The position numbers were made by a program, and so were the translations under genes. The notes beneath the pieces were generated by a model that saw only the letters and a program-made list of their open reading frames with translations, searched no databases and was not told the DNA's origin. A DNA stretch of 64,000 nucleotides from an uncultured Gemmatimonadota bacterium (GTDB lineage: Bacteria > JAAXHH01), in the NCBI GenBank assembly GCA_951812955.1, contig OX638340.1:832001-896000 (forward strand), read 5' to 3'. Every line of letters starts with the position of its first letter. The stretch's first letter is position 1. Below, in pieces: positions 58,126 to 64,000 of the stretch.

Positions 58126-59358
58126 TCATCCGGTCTTGACGCGCTGAAATCGCTTCTTGCCGGCTCTCAGTAGCAGGACGCCTTCCTCGTCGAGATCACC
58201 AGTCCCGAGCATACGGTCGATTGCTGCCACCCGCTCGCCGTTGACGGACGCGCCGCCCTGCTCGATCAGCCTGCGCACTTCACTCTTGCTCCTGCCCAAC
58301 TCGGCTTCCACGAACAGATCGACCACGTTGATGCCGGCTTCCAGCCGTCCCCGGCCGATCTCCACGGTGGGTACATCCTCTCCCCCTGCCTGTGCGCCGC
58401 CGAATACGTTCCTTGCGCCGCGCTCCGCCTGGACCGCCGCTTCCTCGCCGTGGGTGGTCTTCGTCGCTTCGAAGGCCAGGACGGACTTGGCATGGCGGAT
58501 CTTCTCGCCCTTCAGGCCGCCGAGTTCCCGCACCTGATCCATGGGCAGGAAGGTAAAATGGCCCAGGAGTCCTTCCACGTCCCGGTCGTCCACGTTGATC
58601 CAGAACTGGTAGAAGTCGTAGGGCGAGGTCATACCGGGATCGAGCCACACGGCACCTTCGGCCGTCTTCCCCATCTTCTTGCCGTCCGAAAGGGTCAACA
58701 GGGGCGTGGTAACCGCCTGGGCAGCCTCCCGCTCTTTGCGCCGGATCAGGTCCACGCCGGCCACGATGTTCCCCCACTGGTCGTCGCCCCCGAACTGCAT
58801 CGTGCAGCCGTACTCGCGGAACAGCATGAGGAAGTCGTAGGCCTGGAGGATCTGGTAATTGAATTCCAGGAAGGTCAGTCCCGTTTCCATGCGGGTCTTG
58901 TAGGCTTCGGCCGTCAGCATGCGGTTCACGCTGAAATGCTCGCCGATCTCCCGCAGAAACGTGATGTAGTTCAATCTGCGCAGCCAGTCGGCGTTATTCA
59001 CCATCAACGCCCGGCCGCCGTCAAAGTCGAGGTAGCTGCTTAGTTGCTTCTTGATCCGGGTGATGTTCTGATCGATGGCGCCGGTCGTGAGTTGAGGACG
59101 GAGGGCGTCCTTGCCGCTCGGGTCGGGAATCATCGCCGTACCGCCACCCACGAGGGCGATGGGTCTGTGTCCACCGCGCTGCACGTGGGCCAGCATCATA
59201 ATCTGTACCAGGTTGCCGATGTGCAGGCTTTTCCCCGTAGGATCGAAACCGATATAGCAGGTGACGGGTCCTTCGTCGAAAGCCCTGGCCACGGCCTCTT
59301 CGTTCGTGACCTGCGAGACGAATCCCCGTTCTTTCAATACCTCGAATGCGCTGGGCAT
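58126..59358 (-). CDS. tyrS: Tyrosine--tRNA ligase
   Basis: HIGH-type motif (LHIGNL), KMSKS-type motif (KMGKT) and a C-terminal S4 domain. Confidence 0.9.
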   Translation of the reverse strand: MPSAFEVLKERGFVSQVTNEEAVARAFDEGPVTCYIGFDPTGKSLHIGNLVQIMMLAHVQRGGHRPIALVGGGTAMIPDPSGKDALRPQLTTGAIDQNITRIKKQLSSYLDFDGGRALMVNNADWLRRLNYITFLREIGEHFSVNRMLTAEAYKTRMETGLTFLEFNYQILQAYDFLMLFREYGCTMQFGGDDQWGNIVAGVDLIRRKEREAAQAVTTPLLTLSDGKKMGKTAEGAVWLDPGMTSPYDFYQFWINVDDRDVEGLLGHFTFLPMDQVRELGGLKGEKIRHAKSVLAFEATKTTHGEEAAVQAERGARNVFGGAQAGGEDVPTVEIGRGRLEAGINVVDLFVEAELGRSKSEVRRLIEQGGASVNGERVAAIDRMLGTGDLDEEGVLLLRAGKKRFQRVKTG

Positions 59359-59374
59359 GCTGGGTTCTTCCGGA

Positions 59375-60349
59375 TTACAGGGACACGGACCGTCCCGTCC
59401 TCGATGATTCGTAGATGGCGAGGATCAGCGCGAGAGACTTCTTGGCCTCCTCGCCCGTTATGCGGGGCGTACCGCCGTGGCGGACCAGCCGGATCATATC
59501 CTCGATCACGTTTGCGGGCCCGTCGTAGGAAAAGGGATCGTCGATGGATTCGTCCGGTATGTGCCAGGTAGCCAGCTTGTTGCCGGCAGTGATGACCAAT
59601 CCATCGGTGCCATGCAGTTCCACGCCGGCCGGGATGGTAACCGGACAGGTCGTCGTCCCAAGGATGGTTCCGACGGCTCCGCTCTTAAAGCGGATCATGG
59701 CCATGCCGAGGTCCTCGGACTCGATGTCGTGGTTGAACACCCCGATCTGTCCCTGGACGCTTTCGATCGGCCCCATGTACCAGACCAGCAGATCGATCTG
59801 GTGGACGGACTGGTTGATCAGCGAGCCGCCGCCGTCCAGTTTCCAGGTCCCGTGCCAGCCCTTGTAGTAATCGTCGTTCCGGAACCACTTGAGCCGGACC
59901 TCGCCCAGGATCATTCTGCCGAGACGGCCCTCGTCCACGGCCCGCTTGACCCGGACGTTATCGGCCATGTACCGCGCTTCGAAGTCTATGGAGAGGATTA
60001 CGCCGGCGTCCCGGCAGGCCTCGATCATACGGTCCGCACGTTCCAGGTTCACATCGATCGGCTTCGTGGTAATCACGTGCTTGCCGGCCTGCGCGGCCTC
60101 CAGGGCGAAATCGGCGTGCGTACCGCTCGGGGTCATGACGTTGATGACGTCGATGTCGTCGCGATCGAGCAGGCGCCTGTAGTCCTCGTACCAGTCGACG
60201 CCATAGTCTGAAGCCGCCTTCCGACCTCTTTCTTCGTCCAGTTCGGCCACCGCCACGAGCCTGGCGCCGTCCGTCTCATGAATGCAACGGGCGCGCACGT
60301 TGCCCATACCAAGTCCAATCACGCCGAACCCGACGGTATCGGTGCTCAA
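59375..60349 (-). CDS. Gfo/Idh/MocA-family oxidoreductase
   Basis: GFGVIGLGMGNVRA... Rossmann N-terminus and an EKP-equivalent region. Confidence 0.85.
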   Translation of the reverse strand: MSTDTVGFGVIGLGMGNVRARCIHETDGARLVAVAELDEERGRKAASDYGVDWYEDYRRLLDRDDIDVINVMTPSGTHADFALEAAQAGKHVITTKPIDVNLERADRMIEACRDAGVILSIDFEARYMADNVRVKRAVDEGRLGRMILGEVRLKWFRNDDYYKGWHGTWKLDGGGSLINQSVHQIDLLVWYMGPIESVQGQIGVFNHDIESEDLGMAMIRFKSGAVGTILGTTTCPVTIPAGVELHGTDGLVITAGNKLATWHIPDESIDDPFSYDGPANVIEDMIRLVRHGGTPRITGEEAKKSLALILAIYESSRTGRSVSL

Positions 60350-60437
60350 GTAGATCTCCTCATCATTTTATTGGGAAATTCAGGTTCGATTCGGACCGGA
60401 ATCAGGCCCACCGGACCGTCGTGCGATGCAACGCCAC

Positions 60438-60786
60438 TCATTCTTCGAACCGGCCCGATCCTACGGTCAGGAACTCGCCCGCCAGCAATTCGCGAAGGAT
60501 CTCAACCTTGTCTCCCGTGCGCCGGTGCAGGTCCGACAGGACCTCCTCCCCGGCAAGCTCGTCGACGCAGCCGACGTGCTCCACGTATTCTGCCACGAGA
60601 TCCTCGTTCCATTCTCCATCGATATTGGCGGTAACATAGACCGAAAAGGTTTTGATCGGCATGGGATACTCATCCGGGATCATCACCTGTACATCACGAA
60701 TCACTTCATTCACTCGAATCGACTGAACGCTTTTGTCCTTCAACTCACTAATCATATCGTTGAGATCGGTGAATGTAAGCTTCATG
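60438..60786 (-). CDS. Hypothetical protein (about 116 aa)
   Basis: Open frame from MKLTFTDLNDMISE. No recognisable motif. Confidence 0.3.
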
Positions 60787-61186
60787 GGTAGGCTCCTCTC
60801 CGGCCACGGGCCGTATACCTGCAGATCGGTATGACAGCACAAGAATGAAGGTCGCTACGCGGGCGGTCCCGCTCAACGAATTGCGGCCCGAAAATTCGGG
60901 AATTCCTTTCGTGGCATTTATCTGTTCTAAGGCTACGCCGAGGGGGCGGGGATGTCAAGCGGTTTTTGGCTGGTATACGCACGGATTTCCACGGCCCCGC
61001 ACACCCTCCGGACAGCCTCCCCGATCCGTTCGCGAAACAATGAATTGCGACGAGTCCGTCCTTGACACGGCCGCCGGGGTTTCCTACTTTGGCTACGGTT
61101 GTATACTGGAGTAACTGGCGTAAGTTAGCGCACGCACAATGACTGTTTTAGACAATCCGAGGGCACGTAGCGGAAGGGAGAACTCC

Positions 61187-61774
61187 ATGCTGGATGAAAT
61201 CCTCGCCCAGGAATATCCGAAGACAGAAAAGCTGAAAAACGGCGCGAAGGTTACGATCCGCCCGCTGGAGTCGAACGACGTGGAAGCGCTCTATGTGTTT
61301 TTTCAGTCGATTCCGCGCAAGGATCGGATCTTCCTGAAGGACGATATACGGGACAAAAGCATCATCGAGGGCTGGTGCAGTTCAATTGACTGGGACATTG
61401 TCATACCGATCGTGGCGATCGTGGACGGTGAAATCGTTGCCGAGGTTTCGCTGCATCGCGAGCGCCGCGGCTGGAAGAGCCATATCGGGAAACTGCGCCT
61501 GGTCGTTCACCCCGAATACCGCCGCCAGGGCCTGGCGGTCGAGATGGTAAACGAGGTGATCTCCGTCGCCCTTCACACCGGTTCCATCGAGCAGCTCAAT
61601 GCCGAATGCATGGTGGATGCCCAACGTGGCGCGATCCTGCTGCTGCAACTGGTCGGTTTCGTGCAGCGCGCCCTCCTGCCCGACCAGGTCCGCGACATCG
61701 AGGGCAGCCTGCATGACCTGGCCCTGCTGTCCTATACCCTCCGAGATCAGGAAGACTTCCCGGCGCTCGACTAG
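61187..61774 (+). CDS. GNAT-family N-acetyltransferase
   Basis: Motif A LVVHPEYRRQGLAVEMV. AAGGGAGA SD 6 nt upstream of the ATG. Confidence 0.75.
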   Translation: MLDEILAQEYPKTEKLKNGAKVTIRPLESNDVEALYVFFQSIPRKDRIFLKDDIRDKSIIEGWCSSIDWDIVIPIVAIVDGEIVAEVSLHRERRGWKSHIGKLRLVVHPEYRRQGLAVEMVNEVISVALHTGSIEQLNAECMVDAQRGAILLLQLVGFVQRALLPDQVRDIEGSLHDLALLSYTLRDQEDFPALD

Positions 61775-61817
61775 CGCTCTTCCGGCTCTGGACCGGCGCC
61801 GGCCGATTCCCGTACAT

Positions 61818-62638
61818 CTCAGAACAGACTCAACTGCCGTTCGAAATCGGGGACTACGGTGTCCAGTCCGAGCAGCCGCTTCATCCGGTTGCAGTCGGTG
61901 GGCGAATGTCCCGAATAGTAGTTGTTGAAAAACCCGTAGAGCGTGTCCACCCTGGGAAGGATGTCCCTCTTCAGCCGCTCGGCCCACTTGATGAGATCCT
62001 GGGTGCGGTCGACGACGGATTCTCCTGTAGTGGCGGATTCGCGGGTCCTCCGTGTCCCCCATCCAGCGGATATAGGTGAAGTCGGCGGTGATCTCGGGCA
62101 CGATCGGCATGACTTTGGGATAGTCCTGCATGGTCCACGCCATGCCGTGCGTCCTGAGGAGATCGAATACCTCAGCCTTGACCCAGGATGGGTTCCGGAA
62201 TTCGAAGGCGAACCGGAAGTCCCTGGCAGACAACAGGCCTAGAAATGTCTCCACGCGGTTGAAGGTTTGCGGATTACACTGAAAAGCAGGTGGAAGTTGA
62301 ACCAGCAGGCAACCCAGGCGGTCGCCCAGGAGCGCCATGCTGGCCAGGAAGGAATCAAGAAGTTCCTCCGTTTCCACCAGCCCCCGTTCGTGGGTGATCG
62401 CGCCCGGCATCTTGGCCGTGAAATGGAAGCCAGCCGGTGTGCGGTCGCGCCAGCCGACAACCACTTCCGGTTTGGGGATGAAATGGAATGTACTGTCTAT
62501 TTCGAGGGCGTCGAAAACACGGGCATAGTACCGCAGGAGGTCTTTGCGGTCGGCGTCTCGGGCGTAGAAGGTTCCGGACCAGTCCCGGTAGGTCCAGCCC
62601 ATCGTGCCGATATGCAGGGAACCGGGTTTAAGGGGCAT
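61818..62638 (-). pseudogene. DUF72 (YecE/UPF0759) family gene with an apparent frameshift near 62010-62040
   Basis: The N-terminal 200 aa match DUF72 (GTMGWTYRDWSGTFY...). After ...YIRWMGD the DUF72 C-terminus (DLIKWAERLKRDILPRVDTLYGFFNNYYSGHSPTDCNRMKRLLGL) continues in the +1 frame, which ends at 61818, convergent with the GNAT gene. The called ORF instead runs antisense through the GNAT gene. Confidence 0.6.
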
Positions 62639-62751
62639 TTCCGCTCCATGCGGCCCAGCCGGACTCGCCAGAACGAGCCTTCACCCGTCCTGAGCTGCCG
62701 GACTCGCCTGGATTCACTCTTGCGAGCGGGAGGGACGGATCCGTTACAAGG

Positions 62752-64000
62752 TCAGACTCCGACCCGGTCAGTGTCGAAAGTCTCCAGGTTGCGCGTGATG
62801 TCCCGGATGAACCGGGCGGCGTTGAGACCGTCGATGAAGCGGTGGTCGAAGGACAGGCTCAGAAACATCATGGAACGGATGGCCAGGGAGTCATCCGCCT
62901 GCACGACAACCTGCTTCTTGACGCTCCCCGTGGCGAGGATGCCCGCCTCGGGCTGGTTGATGATCGGCGTGCCAAAAAGGGTGTCCCACATGCCCGGGTT
63001 CGTCAGAGTGAACGTACTGCCCTTCAGGTCGTCAGGAGACAACTTGCGGTCATGGGCACGCTTGGCCAGGTCGTGAGCCGCCTGGGCAATCTCCGAGAAA
63101 TCCATCTCGTCCGCGTGGCGGATTACCGGCACCACGACCCCCTTTTCCAGGCCCACCGCCAGCCCCAGGTTTACGTGCTTCCACTGGAGGACCCGGTCGT
63201 CGTCCATGGTGGCGTTCAGCATGGGGTTGGCGCGTAACGCGTCGACGATGGCGGTGATGAAGAAGGGGGTCAGCGTCAGCTTGATGCCGGTTTTCTGTTG
63301 GAACCGTTCCCTGGCCTCTTCGCGGTACCGGACGACGTGCGTCATGTCGACTTCCGAGACGGAGGTCACGTGGGGGGACACCTGCTTGCTGAGGACCATG
63401 TGCTTTGCGATGGTCTTGCGCAGGGTGTCCATATTCACGACGCGGGCTTCTTCGGTGCCTGCCGGCCGGGATACAGAAACGAACTCGGAATCCTCGTCCT
63501 GCTCCGCCGCCGGTTCAGGAATCCGGGACGCGCGCCGTTCCAGGTAGGTAAGCAGATCGTCCCGGGTTACCCGGCCACCCTTGCCGGTTCCTTCCAGGGA
63601 TTCCAGCATAGCCATGTCGATGCGTTCTTCCCGGGCGATGCGCAATACGAGGGGAGAGTAGAACCGTTCGGCCCGCCTTCGCCTCAGCGGCCCCCCGTCA
63701 ACGGCCTCCGCGGCCGGCGTCAATTCATCCGCATCGATCGTCTCCGGCGCTTCCCCGGCACCGTCCGGCTGCTCCTCCGAATCGGCCGCGCTGGAATCGA
63801 CGTCTTCTTCGTCCCCCGTGTCGATGACGCCGATGATTTCTCCAATGGCCACCGTCGTCCCTTCGTCCACGCGAATCTCGCTCAACACGCCGCCCGCGAT
63901 GGCGGGTATGTCCGTGTCGATCTTGTCGGTGGTGATCTCAACCACGGACTCGTCGCGCTCGATCGGATCGCCCACCTTCTTCAACCAGCGGATGACCGTT
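62752..64000 (-). CDS. 2-oxo-acid dehydrogenase E2 (dihydrolipoamide acyltransferase), 5'-partial (runs off the window end)
   Basis: Lipoyl domain (EITTDKIDTDIPA), a peripheral-subunit-binding domain and a catalytic DHRFIDG motif. The open frame continues past 64000. Confidence 0.8.
   Translation of the reverse strand, partial: TVIRWLKKVGDPIERDESVVEITTDKIDTDIPAIAGGVLSEIRVDEGTTVAIGEIIGVIDTGDEEDVDSSAADSEEQPDGAGEAPETIDADELTPAAEAVDGGPLRRRRAERFYSPLVLRIAREERIDMAMLESLEGTGKGGRVTRDDLLTYLERRASRIPEPAAEQDEDSEFVSVSRPAGTEEARVVNMDTLRKTIAKHMVLSKQVSPHVTSVSEVDMTHVVRYREEARERFQQKTGIKLTLTPFFITAIVDALRANPMLNATMDDDRVLQWKHVNLGLAVGLEKGVVVPVIRHADEMDFSEIAQAAHDLAKRAHDRKLSPDDLKGSTFTLTNPGMWDTLFGTPIINQPEAGILATGSVKKQVVVQADDSLAIRSMMFLSLSFDHRFIDGLNAARFIRDITRNLETFDTDRVGV

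Noticed and set aside
60845-60900. Rho-independent terminator at the cccgaaaattcggg hairpin
   Set aside because: The stem is short and no U-tract follows. It lies in the 5' region of flanking genes, so a terminator role is not supported.
61382-61817. 3' extension of the DUF72 ORF as called (61382-62638) overlapping the GNAT gene
   Set aside because: It is the product of a frameshift. The genuine DUF72 C-terminus is in another frame ending at 61818, and the extension is antisense to a well-supported GNAT gene.

Overview
This is a 64 kb high-GC (roughly 60-65% by eye) bacterial chromosomal segment with about 60 protein-coding genes and no rRNA, tRNA, CRISPR array, transposase or integrase that I can see.

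**Housekeeping genes.** The sucA-sucB pair (2-oxoglutarate dehydrogenase E1/E2) is followed on the minus strand by an nfeD/SPFH pair. Also present are argG, tyrS, pdxH, dinB, sfsA, yggX, a second 2-oxo-acid dehydrogenase E2 (5'-partial at the window end), an APC amino-acid permease and a ZIP metal transporter.

**Accessory metabolism.** There are many accessory enzymes: Gfo/Idh/MocA oxidoreductases (x3), SDR, aldo/keto reductase, two amidohydrolase-2 genes, an SGNH hydrolase, a CaiB/BaiF CoA-transferase, M14 carboxypeptidase, nucleoside hydrolase, xylose-isomerase-like TIM barrel, PHP histidinol phosphatase, TPP enzyme, VOC/glyoxalases and GNATs.

**Standout features.**
1. The B12-binding radical SAM gene at 28420 ends at an in-frame TGA that is followed by Ala-Glu-Pro and a downstream hairpin with a GG-containing loop. 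Read through, this gives a C-terminal Cys-Sec-Ala-Glu-Pro (CUAEP) tail, so the gene looks like a selenoprotein truncated by the ORF caller. It is co-transcribed with yggX from a near-consensus sigma70 promoter and lies convergent to a tandem pair of uncharacterised paralogs.
2. Ten ankyrin-repeat genes occur in about 28 kb, typical of host-associated or symbiotic bacteria. Three of them share a non-ANK N-terminal motif, and one pair is an old segmental duplication that carried a dinB 5' remnant with it.
3. Short tandem duplications of 11-45 bp recur at gene starts, gene ends and intergenic regions, and there is a related family of CCGGNCTGGC-core intergenic repeats.
4. A bicupin protein carries a highly repetitive polyacidic tail of about 330 aa.
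5. A DUF72 gene is frameshifted, and an acyl-CoA synthetase is a truncated N-terminal fragment.

Every call rests on reading the translated ORFs and the DNA by eye. No database searches were run.
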